Below are positions 25,721 through 38,569 of a stretch of DNA of 64,000 nt, in pieces. Position numbers and translations under genes: made by a program. Below the pieces are notes generated by a model. That model worked only from the letters and a program-made list of their open reading frames with translations. It did no database searches and had not been told where the DNA came from. The stretch is from Lama guanicoe. Its lineage: Eukaryota. The stretch spans positions 372,001 through 436,000 of the forward strand of contig MU053487.1 of assembly GCA_013239625.1 (NCBI GenBank). Reading direction: 5' to 3'. How positions within the stretch are numbered: position 1 is the stretch's first letter; each line of letters starts with the position of its first letter.

Positions 25721-27386
25721 AAAAATTCTCCATGTATTTAAAAAATTCTCTATGTAGCTGCAATTTTTATTCTATATCAAAATTTCAAAGGCATTCAATA
25801 CTAAAGGTTTATAAACCTAAGTTTATTTTCTCCTATCTAATTCACATGAAAATTTACACAAATAGAAAATAAGATTTTATGCAATATTCATTCTGCTGAG
25901 TGCTTATTATTGCATCAGTTAACACACAGAATATCAGTGCTCATTACTGTGCATAATTAACTCTGTCATCTCACAATTTGCTGTTTATTTAGGCCACAGA
26001 AACCTAACTGAACAATCTGTTCTCATAAATGATTCTAATACAAAGTTCCTTTCAGAATATTTATGAATAACCACACTAGTATAACCTCCCCGTATAAATG
26101 AACCCTTCCACCACCCCCACCCCACCCCACCAAATCACAAGATGTATGAATTTTACTCGTCTGAGAAGATGGTTTTCTCTAGGACCCTGCACAAACCAAC
26201 TGCAACAAACAAGATGGGCGAGGCAGAGAAGCAGCTTTACCACAGGCTTCAGATCAATATGCCAGAATCTTTTAGTCTGCATTCTTTAGCTATGCAAACA
26301 CCCAAATCAACTAGAATAAAATCATCCCTACAAAGGACTTCGAGCCCGATTATAAAATATACTTTAAAGAAACTACACCAAACAAGTGTTAAGACTGTTT
26401 TAATTACTGGAAAAAAGAATTAAATAGACACCTAAATCTAATATAAACCACATTCTATTTCAGCAAGTGTGTTTCTTAAACAGCACAACTTGTAGGGAAA
26501 AAATACGATCTAGTTAAAACATATATGTATATTTTTTAGCATAATGCTATTATTTGGGAGCCAGTCTGGATCAATTAAAACCTGTGCTTTATAGAGACTG
26601 CTCTGTTAAAACCACGTTAATACAATTTCAAATAAACTTTTTTTTTTATCACCACCATACTTAGAAAATGTAGCTAAGAGTGACAGAGGATATATACAAA
26701 TCTACAGAAATAGGTACTACAATACTCAGTATCCAGAAGTTCCCATGGAAACAGTGTTCTGTTCCTACACACACACAAGAATTGAAAAGAGTAAATATCT
26801 CTACCACTTAAAAATAATTAACTCTTAAAATTCTCAAATTAGGAAATTAATTTTTAACTTTTTAACAAGACAAGACAGAGAAAACATACCAATTAAAGTA
26901 CACAGCTCAATGCATTTTCACAAAATGAATATGCCAGTGTAACCAGTCTCCAGACCCAGATCATTATCAGCATGCTACAAGCAGCCGCACTGACCACCCC
27001 CTCAAAGTCACTATTTCCCACCAAACCCAACAAGTCTTAACTTCTAACACCATAGCTGGTTTTGCCCATTTTGAACTTTAAAGGAATCATACAACAGGCA
27101 CTCTGGTACCTAGCTTCTTTTCATTCAATATAATGTTTGGAAGATTCATTCTCATTGCTTACAGTTCTATTGTGCATGAATGTACCATAAGTTATTAATA
27201 CCCATTCTACTGTTGATGGACATTTGAGTTGTTGCCAGTCTGATATTATTATAAAATAGTGCTCCTAAGAGGTAAGCAAATAAAGCTGAAGAGTTCTAAG
27301 GCTTTTAGCATTACTGTAGAAGTAGTAAACACAGTAATTTATTTTAAGTTGTAATAAGTCAAAGATGCATACTGTAACCTCTAGGA

Positions 27387-27584
27387 TAGTGGTACTCAAA
27401 ATACGGTATTCAGAATACAGGCCAGCAGCTGAGGATCATCTGGCAATTTGTTAGAAATGCAAATTAACAGGCCCCAACCCAAATCTAGCAGAACAGAAAC
27501 TCTGGAGATGGGGACCCTGCAATCTGTGTATTAACTAGCTCTCCTAGTGTGCTTCTGATGCATGATAAAGTTTAAGACCCACTG
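27387..27584 (+). mobile_element. MER5A-like hAT-Charlie element
   Basis: tagtggtactcaaa...ttgttagaaatgcaaat...cagaaactctggagatgggg...aatctgtgtattaac...aagtttaagacccactg. Confidence 0.8.
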
Positions 27585-27592
27585 CCCTATGG

Positions 27593-27818
27593 CAGGAATT
27601 AGCAAACCTTTTTTATAAAGGCCATATAGTAAATATTTTAGGCTTTGAAAACCATACAAACATGTAGCCTCTCTGTGAAAGTACTCAGCTACACGATTGT
27701 AGTGTCAAAGCAGTGATACATGATATGTAAATAACAGTGGCTATATCTCAAGAATTTTACATACAAAAACAGAAGGATGGCTGAATTTGGCCCGCAAGCC
27801 ATAATTTGCCAATCCCTG
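27593..27818 (+). mobile_element. MER58A-like hAT-Charlie element
   Basis: caggaattagcaaac...atagtaaatattttaggctttg...tttggcccgcaagccataatttgccaatccctg. Confidence 0.8.
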
Positions 27819-28200
27819 CTCTAAGGGTAACCACTAAAATAAGAGTAAATGTATAAACAAATAGGAGAAAAGTAAGATAAAAAGGATTTGATTAATTGAA
27901 AAGAATCAGGAAAAGAGACAAAAAGATAAACCAAGTGAATAAAATAGAAATAAAAGGTAAAGAGGCAAAAATAAAATCAAATATATCAGTAACTACCTTA
28001 AAAGTAAATGAACTAAATATACCAAGTAAAGGACCAAGACTGAATTTTTAAAAATAGGTTACTTAAGTGAGGTATAATATACTTTACATACAAGGATCAC
28101 ATAAAAGTTAAAAGAAAATGATAAGAGAGAGACAGACCATGGCAAACAGAAACCAAAAGAAAGCTGTGCATAGCTATACTAATTTCAAACAAAGCAGCTT

Positions 28201-28337
28201 AGGGGGAGAGGATAGCTCAAGTGGTAGAGTACTTTCTTAGCATCCACAAGGTCCTGGGTTCAATCTCCAGTACCTCCTCTAAAAAACTAAATAAATAAGT
28301 AAACCTAATTACCTCCCCCCACAAAAAACCACAACAA
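28201..28337 (+). mobile_element. tRNA(Ala)-derived SINE (Vic-1-like) with perfect 15-bp TSD, inserted in an old L1M ORF2 start
   Basis: caaacaaagcagctt at 28186-28200 and 28338-28352; A/B boxes; tail aaacctaattacctcccccc. Confidence 0.9.
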
Positions 28338-28849
28338 CAAACAAAGCAGCTTGAAGAAGCGTTACTAGAGATAGAGACTTTTAATAATGATGAAAGGGCC
28401 CAATCCAACAAGGGGGGAATCAGAACCCTACATTTTGATATACCTGTAACATAACTTCAAATACATAAAGCAAAAAATGAAGAACTAAAAGGAAAAAGAT
28501 AAATCTACAAACTCAGAGGAAAAGACATTCTTACCCATCTCCAATGAGGTTATACCTTTTTTGACCATAAGCTAGCTAAAAGAATTCATAAAACTAATTC
28601 ATCATCACAAGCCCCCAAATTAAAAATATTTTGTAATTTAATTTATATACATAGGTTATAAATATTACAGGCTTAAAATATTTTCTTAATAATTGTAAAA
28701 TATCAGAACAAATCCTAAATTTCTTCATAGCACCTACCACTTCCTGAAATAATAGATTCTTCTGAGTGAACTGGAAGTGGGCAGGAAGTTTGTCTTGTTT
28801 ATGCTATAACCCCAACACATAGAACAATCCCAGGATAACTATCATAGCT

Positions 28850-29415
28850 AATAACCCTTCTTGCTCCCCACCTCTGGCCCCCTAGAGTTTATCATCAACA
28901 TAATGTCCTGAGTTGAACAAAGTCACATCACATTGCTGCTCAAAATGTTCCTATGACTCCATAATAAAGCCTACTAGGATTCCAAGATCTATGAGATCTT
29001 AGACACCACGTAGGTCTCTCCAGCCTCATCTCCTACTTGCTCTCCAACCCAGCCCCATTAGTCTCCTCACTGTGACTCATATCAGGTGCTCTGCATTTGC
29101 TCCCTTTGCCTAGAAAGCTCTTCTGCGCCATAGTCACACTGTTCACTCACCTCCTTCAGGTCTTTATTCATCTATCACTTTCTCAGTGAGGTCCTCTCTG
29201 GATACTAAAATTATAAACTTTCCAATATCCTGACACTACTGATCTATCCCTACCTCCCTGCTCTATTTCTCTCCTAGTGCTTTTCATTTATATACTTTAC
29301 TTATTTTATTATCTGTCTCCTCCCACTGAAATGTATTATCTATAAGAGTGAGGACTTTTGTCTGTTTTGCCCACTGCCATAACTCCGATATGTAGAACAA
29401 TGCTCAGAATGGCAT
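28850..29415 (+). mobile_element. L2 3' region
   Basis: tttgctccctttgcctagaaagctctt...ctccttcaggtct...tctcagtgaggtcctctctg...tctgtctcctcccactgaaatgta...ttttgtctgttttg; further L2 relics at about 31700-32390, 42540-42960 and 44090-44760. Confidence 0.65.
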
Positions 29416-30539
29416 GATTCATAGTGGGGAAGACCTTCTGTCTCCAGAAGAAGCGTTACTAGGTTATTTGAAATGAAACTCCAAAGAAAAGCAACTATAA
29501 ACACTGGGTAAAATGCACATTTAAAAAAATCTTCTTAAAAACTTGACAAATAGTAAGAAATGAAAGGATAGAACTTGTACATTTGAACAACTGAAGGCTT
29601 GTAGGGCAAGGGGAACAGAATTTAAAAGCCACGTAAGATGTAAAGTCTAACGGGAGACTCTTCCCATCAAAAGCTGGTATACTAAGCAACAACATTTGCA
29701 AGGTTAAAGTGAACCATAAGTAAGCGCTTACTTTCCCATAGTCTTTTATTCTTTTCAAACTTTTTTTCAAAAGAGAGCAATAGGGAAGTAAATTAAATGG
29801 AGGACTTCATTAAGGTCAACTGTTTGGACAGTTGAGAAACTCAAGCCCTTAAACTCAGTGGGCTCACACTGGTAGTATTCCCAAGCAACAACCAAAGCAA
29901 ATGCAAAATTTTCCTGGAAGAAAGTCTATGGCCTTCCGTTATTTACACAAATAATTTTCCAAAGGTCACTCGGCATGACAGGAAACAAGACACTGTGAGC
30001 AAGAATAAACAGAAAGAAAGAGACAATAGGAACAAGTCTTAGAATTTCAAATTCAAATCCTAGCATTACTAAGCACAGACTATAACATACCTATACTTGG
30101 AAGCTTTACAAGGCAAACTTGAAAATAACTTCAGGGATCAGAAAGTTATAAAAAAAAAAAAAGTACAGATCTTTTAAAAAATACCCAAAACTAGAAATAA
30201 AAATACAGTAACTGAAATTTAAATTCAGTAGACAGACATAACAGTAGATTAGACACAACTCAAGGGATCATTAGTGAACTGGAAGATAAGTCAGAAAACG
30301 TCACCCAGGATATATACAGCAGGTGCTTTAATATTTAATGACTAAACAAAAAAGAAAGGATTAAATACAGAAAGCAACGTATAAATCATGATTACATTAA
30401 CACCTCTGTTTTCACTACAGTGTTCCAAAAAGATAGTACTATGGTTTGGTGCAGAAACTGAAAAGGATGAACACATTAAAAAGTTCCAGTGAACAGAAAC
30501 TAATAAAGTGAGCAGGCTGCAGTGGTTATGTGTAATGAT

Positions 30540-30770
30540 GGAAAAGAAGGTGGGAGAAAGGAGGAGAGGAGCTGATAAGAGTAGGAGAAAGAGATGGAGA
30601 AGGAGAAGAAGATGGTGGAGGGAGGAGAAGGTACAAATCAAGGAGAAGGGGAGGAGAAGGAAGAGATGGAAGTAGAGAAGAAATGAAGGTGGAGAAAGGA
30701 GAAAGGGAGTAAGAAAAGGAAGGGAGGGAGGGGAGAAACAGGAAGAAATCAAGGAGGAGAACAAAAGAAG
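30540..30770 (+). repeat. GA-rich low-complexity tract
   Basis: About 230 nt of nearly pure purines (gagaaggaggagg...); explains the spurious minus-strand ORF 30342..30764. Confidence 0.9.
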
Positions 30771-30849
30771 TCCAAGTAGGAAAAGGCTTTATCTTTTGTT
30801 CTCTTCATATAACACTTGGAGACTGTCCTCAGCAAGCACTGAGATAATA

Positions 30850-31214
30850 TGGGGCCACATCCCATATCTGCATACCCCAAAGCCAAAAAAACTCTCAAAG
30901 TCAAGCTTTAGCTTGTTTTTCTTTTTAAATTCATTTGGTGGCAAAATCTGAACTGATCTGAACTAAGTTTATAGTAACACATGACATGAACTATGAAAAG
31001 ACTACTTATTTTCTTTATTTTCTCACACTGAATTTGTATACCTTTACCTGCAAACATATTAACGTGCTTGATAACAAGGCACAGTGCCAGACCCAACTGG
31101 AGCTGTTATATACTGTATGGTGTATGACCATATTACTTTTCTGAAATCTGACATATTCTAAATTCCAATACACAACTAGTCCCCAAGATTTCCAATAAGA
31201 AATAGTAAATTTGT
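30850..31214 (-). mobile_element. Tigger-related MITE (MER46C-like)
   Basis: Degenerate TIRs (ggccacatcccatatctg ... ccaataagaaatagtaaatttgta) and internal catttggtggcaaaatctgaactga; family name from memory. Confidence 0.5.
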
Positions 31215-33625
31215 ATTACCATAATCAAGTCCTTTCCCTTTTTTCTTTTTTCTTTCAAGGATAGCCATATATTCAAATGGCTAGTCAAACATTCCACTTC
31301 ACTTTTATGAGTACATTTATTCCACACCTGAAGTTTCTGCTTCTGAATTCATATATGGCCCCATATTACACGGCAAACCAAAGAGCAAGCCAAAACTTTA
31401 TAACGTGTCTCAAAAAGGAGAGTTCAACTAGTGTGGATTTTCTTCAGTGAACCAACGAGTTCAGTAAAAAGCCACAACACTACGAATTTTAATGCACAAA
31501 ATATACTCTGTAAAGTTCCTCTTTTCACTTGAAGCTATATCCTTCCTTATTCTAATTAAAACAATGAGCAAGAGGACTCTGGATTGCTGATCTGTTTCAC
31601 ACTCTTGCATATCCAGTAATGACCATGGTCACAGCTAAATTAGCAACTGAGATTAGGAAACAATAATCCCTATAAGCTATTATACCATAGGTGTCTCAGA
31701 AAACTCAAACACATTTTAGTTGTCTACTCCCCACTCTGCTTTTACACTAGGATACTCTCCTAGGCTTTCCTCTGACCTCACAGGTCCCTGTAGCTCAGTA
31801 TCTTCCTCCTTTACTCAACCACTAAATGTAAATGTTGAATATCCTCCTTCTCTCCGGACTACACAGTTTACAAATGGCTTCAACTTTTCAATAGTCTTAA
31901 ATATCTTTGATATGCTGACAACTCTCAAATGTCTGTCTCTAACTTAGACCGTCTTTGAATTCCAAACCTATATACTCAATTGCCTACTAAACATCCCCCC
32001 CATGGATATCTCAATGGCACCTCTAATTTGACATACATAACCCAACACTAACACCATCTCCAAACCTGTTCTCCCTAAATCTTCCCCACCCCAGTAAGTG
32101 GTAAGAGCCATCTATCTAGCTGCTTAAGCTCACAACATAGGAGCCTCATTTCAAGTTCTCCTCTGCCCTGCATAGATCATCTACCAACAGTTGTTGCTGT
32201 ATATAATTCCAAGTAATATCTCAAACCCATTTATTTCTCTTTACCTCTGTGGCCACTCCCAATCTAAGACCAGGCCAGCATCATCTCTGCTTCTACTGCT
32301 TACAGCAACTTCTTAACTGGTCTCTTTGCTTCTACTCTTGACCTTCCAAACCACAAAATAAACAATGAGACCCTCTAAAAAAAAGTAATATGGATCAATG
32401 GCTGCTGGAACTATTAAGTGAAAGGCTGATGGGGAACTTAATAAAGAACAGATTGGGTTTATAACATCTAAATCTATTGTTCAATATTAATATCACAAAG
32501 ATAATCAGTCACAGTATGCCTTCTGATACATATACACCAATATCACCTGTAAAAATGTATAACTCAAATCCTCTCCCCCTGAAAAAACCAAAAACAAGTC
32601 AGATCTGATTCTGAATAAGCCACTAGCAAAATTTTAAACTTTCAGGAAATACAGGGGATATAAAAACATTAAAGAACAAAAACATAAAACCACTATGGCA
32701 ACTCAATCAACAAAATCTAGTATGTGGGAAGACATTATCTGACATGTTTTCTTCTTCAACAAATAAGTGGAAAGTGGAGAAAAAGAGAGAGAGATGAACA
32801 GAGCCTTAGGAGACACATCAACTAATTGTAATGGTGAACCTGTTTGAATCCTAATTCAAACTGTAAAGTGATTTTTATAAAACAGTCGAGGAAAACTGAA
32901 CACTGAATATTTGATAGTATGGGTTAATATTTTTAGATGTGAAAATAGTACTGTAACTGTCTTTTAAAAAGATGTTTTACTTCATTTTATACATGTGTAT
33001 GAGTGCATGTACATATATGTGCACACACACAGCCCAGTCCAGCAGGATGGTGGGGGTAGGGGAAGACAGGGATACAGATGAATAAAGGCTAGCTATGTAT
33101 TGATAATTTCTTAAAGCTGGATAAATGGGTAGTAATGGAGGTTTGTGATAATAGATTCTCTATTTCTGGGAATGTTTGGAATTTTTCCTTAAAAAATTAT
33201 GGTAATTTGAATAATTTTACTCTCTTGCTCAAACCCTACAATTGAATCCAACAAAATGATATGCAACATAAAATGACAAGAGCAAAGACAATGCAGGGCA
33301 GAGAGTATGTGAAATCAGCACCTAAAAGATAGCAACGATGTCATAAAAGATGCCAATAAAAAGGATGAAAGGCTTTTGAAGGATAGCACCATACCAAAGC
33401 TGCAACTTAAAATTCTCAGAAGCAGACTGAAACAGCAGAAAGAACAGATCTACCTTGTAAAATGACAGAGAAATGACAATTTCTAAGCCAGCAAGTACAG
33501 GGCTGAGTAGCAAAGAACAACCAAAAATCTATGGAATGATTTCATCACTAAGCTTTTTCCAGCCCAAACTCAAGGAGCTCAATATTTTACATACAGGTGT
33601 GCATGAGTATGCTTATGTGTGTGTG

Positions 33626-33628
<3 letters not shown>

Positions 33629-33658
<30 letters not shown>
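33629..33658 (+). repeat. (AC)15 microsatellite
   Basis: Perfect dinucleotide run. Confidence 0.95.
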
Positions 33659-33661
<3 letters not shown>

Positions 33662-34756
33662 TTATAGAAAAATAGAACCACCAGAAAAAGAAAAAGACTG
33701 TTGTTAGAACCATTTAAACATTTGTTTGCCAAAATTAAAATTTAATAGAAAGACTGAATGAGAAGGCAAAGGAAATCGCCCAGAACACAGAACAAAAGAT
33801 AAAGACATAAAACTTGAGAAGACAAAACATAAAAGACACGGTAAATCAACCCAAGACATTCAATATTTGACAAATAACAATTCCATAAGGAGAGAATAAA
33901 AACTAATGAAGCGGAAAAATTTACCAAAAATAAAAGATTTCATAGAGCTAAAGAAAATCAAAAGCCTTCAGAAGTAAAATAACCAAATAGTAATAATTTA
34001 AAAAGTCTTCCATTTAAACTAAAATAAAAAATCTCAGTAAAATGGTTAAATATTGAAAATCCAACTGCTTCAAAATAAAACAATCACTAGATTTTAATAT
34101 TCATATGAAGATACTGTGTTCTCAGCAGCAAGTTAATCTTAATAATTAACTATTTTATTTATTAAAAATTAAGTCCACTTCATACAAAGTTTAAGTGAGG
34201 CCAAGAAATCTTACCAAGTCTCTTAAAATTTCTAGGCAGATATTAACTTACTAGTTAAAAATATATTTGAAGACTTTTTATCCTCTTCTGTGAAGGGGCC
34301 TTTAAAAATTCTAGACCTTTAATAGTTCAACGGAGTAAAGGGACAAACACAATTTAAACCACTGTTTAAAATTAAATAACAACATATTCATGATAACCAT
34401 AATATCAAACTAAACAATAAATGAGACTCGTAATAAGGTTTATTTAGAACTTTTACAAAATCTAGTCATTTCAGGTAGTTAAGTTTTCACGACAGCTACA
34501 GCTTGGTTATAACAGCTATCAAGATCAACTATACGGTCTACATGTACAAAGAAAAGATGTAAACCTTTTCCTGAAGATTCAGGTTCATTAGTAACATCAC
34601 GTTTGAGGATATGTTGCTATCGAGGCCCAGCACCTTGCACCCAGACATGTACATGGTTCTATTTGAAGGTTTTCAATCTTAGTGTCCTCTGCTTATCTGC
34701 CTTTATGGGCTTATGGGCTGGTGGATGCCCACTTTTTTCTCCTTACGGACTCTTTT

Positions 34757-34908
34757 CTTTTTAATTTTACTTTCTTTTTTATTGAAGTATAGTCAGTTTA
34801 CAATGTGTCAATTTCTGATGTACAGCACAATGCTTCAGTCATACATGAATATACATATATTTGTTTTCATATTCTTTCTCACTGTAAGCTACTACAAGAT
34901 ATTTTATA
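34757..34908 (-). mobile_element. Short 5'-truncated L1 3' tail with TSD
   Basis: T-rich tail, tttattgaagtatagtcagtttacaatgtgtcaatttctg...; gactctttt at 34748-34756 and 34909-34917. Confidence 0.8.
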
Positions 34909-36055
34909 GACTCTTTTTTCCCCTTATTGTTGCTCCTAGAAGAAGAGTTTAGCCTTTTGGCAAGTAAGTTAAAGGATTGCTTTCTTTCAGTGATTTAAAC
35001 TATCCAACCTAGTATATTGCATAGAATATTCAAGGGTTTGGAAGAAGAGAGATCTACTCAGCATTAATTTCTTGCTATTGTTCCCCACTCCCAAAACCAG
35101 TAGTTAAAAGTCAGTTTGGAGTGGTCTCAGAGAATTGACCTCAAGAAAATCAAGGTTATGACATCACTTGTTTATATATTTTTTAAAAATTCATGTTTGG
35201 AATAACAGACTGAGTTGAAATGTTTAAAGTTTAGTAACAGTTTATTTGCAACAAAACCTTATTTCTTCCCAGCCACACTGCAGCATAACAACAAAAGGCC
35301 AAATTCCTCTCATGAGCTTTTGAGGCAGATTTCAGGGCTCAGCGCCACATAATAATCCTACAGGTTTTTAACTCTATCTGGTTTGACTGCCCAGAGCTAC
35401 TTCACAATCATCTGGCTGCTTGGTTTTATACTTCTGCATAAGGATAAAGATAACTAAACAGAAAGGAACCTGAAAGCCACCTCAACAACTCTTCAAGTGA
35501 TAGTCGTTAACAGTGCTTCACAAATCTGAGTTTGCCCAGAAATAAAACTGTTAATAAAATCTTTCATTTGGCCTTGAAGGTAAGCTTAAATAACATTTAA
35601 CAGATAACAGACTAATAATCTGAATATATAAAGAGCAAGTATAAATAAACAAAAAAGCCAAAACACAGTAAGTTCGCTAAAGATCTCAGAAAGCAATACA
35701 CAGAAAATACAAACCACCAAACATATGGTCAACCTTATTAGAAAGCAGAGACTTTTTTTAAAAGGGTGAGATATTTTTCACCCACCTGATAGGCAAATTT
35801 TAAAAAGATTAATAATAATGAAAGCTGAAAGGAATGCAGGGCAGAGGGCACTGCTGGTGGGAAAGCAAGTGGTAAAGCCTCTTTTGGAGGCAATCAGCCT
35901 CCAAAAATCAGACAATTCGAAACGAATAAAAACTTTAATCCAGAAATTCTACTTCTAGACTATTTTAAAAATATATATGTGCACACACACGCCATTTGTA
36001 CAAAGGTGTTTATTTCAGAATCATTTAAAAAAATTATGTGATTAAACAATCTGAA

Positions 36056-38569
36056 TATTAGCAAATAGAATCCCACAGCACATAAAAAAGATTATACACC
36101 ATGAGCAAGTTGGGTTCATCCCAGGGACACAAGGATGGTTCAACATACGCAAATCAATCAATGTAATACATCACATTAACAAGAGAAAGGACAAAAACCG
36201 CATGATCATCTCAGTAGATGCAGAAAAAGCATTTGATAAAATTCAACACCCATTTATGATAAAAACTCTCATCAAAGAGGGTATAGAGGGAACATATCTC
36301 AACATAATAAAAGCGATATATGACAAACCTACAGCCAGAATAGTACTCAATGGTAAAAAACTCAAAACCTTCCCACTAAAATCTGGAACAAGACAAGGCT
36401 GTCCACTCTCACCACTCCTATTCAACATAGTCTTGGAAGTCCTAGACACAGAAATCAGGCAAGAGAAAGAAATAAAAGGGATCCAAATTGGAAAAGAGGA
36501 GGTAAAATTGTCACTATATGCAGATGACATGATACTATATTTAGAAAACCCTAAAAGGTCCACACAAAAACTACTAGAAATAATCGAAGAATTCAGCAAG
36601 GTAGCAGGTTACAAGATTAATGTTCAAAATTCAGTTGCATTTCTTTACACTAATGATGAATTAACAGGAAAAGAAAGTAAAGAAACAATCCCCTTTAAAA
36701 TAGCACCCAGAGTAATAAAATGCCTAGGAATAAATCTAACCAAGGAGGTGAAAGACTTATACACAGAGAACTATAAAATATTGATTAAGGAAATTGGAGA
36801 AGACTTAAAGAAATGGAAAGATATCCCATGCTCCTGGATTGGAAGAATCAATATTGTTAAAATGGTCATACTGCCCAAGGCAATCTACAGATTTAATGCA
36901 ATCCCTATCAAACTACCCAGGGCATATTTCACAGAACTAGAAAAAATCATAATAAAATTTATATGGAATTACAAAAGACCCAGAATTGCCAAAGCATTAC
37001 TGAAAAAAAGAAAGAGGCTAGAGGAATAACTCTCCCAGGCTTCAGATAATACTACAGAGCTACAGTAATCAAAATAGCATGGTATTGGTACAAAAAACAG
37101 ACAAATGGACCAATGGAACAGAATAGAGAGCCCAGAAATTAACCCACAAACTTTTGGTCAATTAATCTTTGACAAAGGAGGCAAGAATATACAATGGAAT
37201 AAAGACAGTCTCTTCAAGCAAATGGTGGTGGGAAAACTGGACAGCAGCATGTAAATCAGTGAAGCTAGAACACTCCCTTACACCATACACAAAAATAAAC
37301 TCTAAATGGATCAAAGATTTAAACATAAGACAAGATACAATAAACCTCCTAGAAGAAAACATAGGCAAAACATTATCTCACATGTATCTCAGCAATGTTC
37401 TCCTAGGGCAATCTACCCAAACAATAGAAATAAAAGCAAGAATAAACAAATGGGACCTAATTAAACTTACAAATTTTTTGCACAGCAAAGGAAACCATAA
37501 GTAAAACAAAATGACAACCTACGGAATGGGAGAAAATTTTTGCAGAAGATAAAACTGACAAAGGCTTGATCTCCAGAATATATAAGCAGCTCACATGACT
37601 TAGTAAGAAAAAAACAAACAACCCAATCCAAAAATGGGCAGAAGACCTAAACAAGCAATTCTCCAATGAAGACATACAAATGATCAATAGGTACATGAAA
37701 AAATGCTCGATATCACTAATTATCAGAGAAATACAAATCAAAAACTACAATGAGATATCAACTCACAGCAGTCAGAATGGCCATCATTCAAAAGTCCACA
37801 AATGATAAATGCTGGAGAGGCTGTGGAGAAAAGGGAACCCTCCTACACTGCTAGTGGGAATGCAGTTTGGTGCAGCCATTGTGGAAAACAGTATTGAGAT
37901 TCCTCAAAAGACTAGGAATAGATTTACCATATGACCCAGTCATTCTACTCCTAAGCATATATCCAGAAGGAATCCTACTTCAAAAAGACACCTGCACCCC
38001 AATGTTCACAGCAGCACTATTTACAATAGCCAAGACATGGAAACAGCCTAAATGTCCATCAACAGATGACCGGATAAAGAAGATGTGGTATATTTATATA
38101 ATTGAATACTATTCAGCAATAAAAAATGACAACATAAGGCTATTTGCAGCCCTGGAGAATGTCATTTTAAGTGAAGTAAGGCAGAAAGAGAAAGAAAAAT
38201 ACCAAATGAGATCACTCATATGTGGAATCTTAAAAAAAAAGAAAAGAAAAAGACAACATAATATGAATATAAACATATATATAAAACAGTAACAGACTCA
38301 TAGACAGGTCACAGGTGGTAGGGGGGTGGGGAAGGGACAGACTGCGAGACCGAAATTTGTAGATACTGACAGGTATATATAGAATAGATACACAAGATTA
38401 TACTGTATAGCACAGGGAAATATATACAAGATCTTGTGGTAGCTCATGGTGAAAAAGAATGTGACAATGAATATGTGCATCTTCATTTATAACTGAAAAG
38501 TTGTGCTCTACACTGGAAATTGACACAACATTGTACTGACTATAACTCAATAAAATAAAATTAAAAAAA
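36056..38569 (+). mobile_element. 5'-truncated LINE-1 (ORF2 RT domain to polyA), inactive; antisense to CLASP2
   Basis: ORF fragments 36202..37029 ([10 protein letters not shown] and [11 protein letters not shown] motifs), 37169..37504 and 37867..38292, broken by frameshifts and stops; AATAAA plus A-tail; TSD aaacaatctgaa at 36044-36055 and 38570-38581. Confidence 0.97.

Noticed and set aside
30342..30764. 140-aa Leu/Phe/Ser-rich ORF resembling a membrane protein
   Set aside because: Artefact of the GA-rich low-complexity tract read on the opposite strand.
34300..35050. Possible mitochondrial rRNA insertion (NUMT)
   Set aside because: Only a short word (acctttaatag) recalled 16S rRNA; I saw no collinear match.
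36202..38292. Functional reverse transcriptase gene or novel retroelement
   Set aside because: It is ordinary L1 ORF2, lacking the 5' UTR, ORF1 and endonuclease and broken by frameshifts and stops. ORFs 36243..36599, 37162..37368 and 37457..37741 are its antisense shadows.
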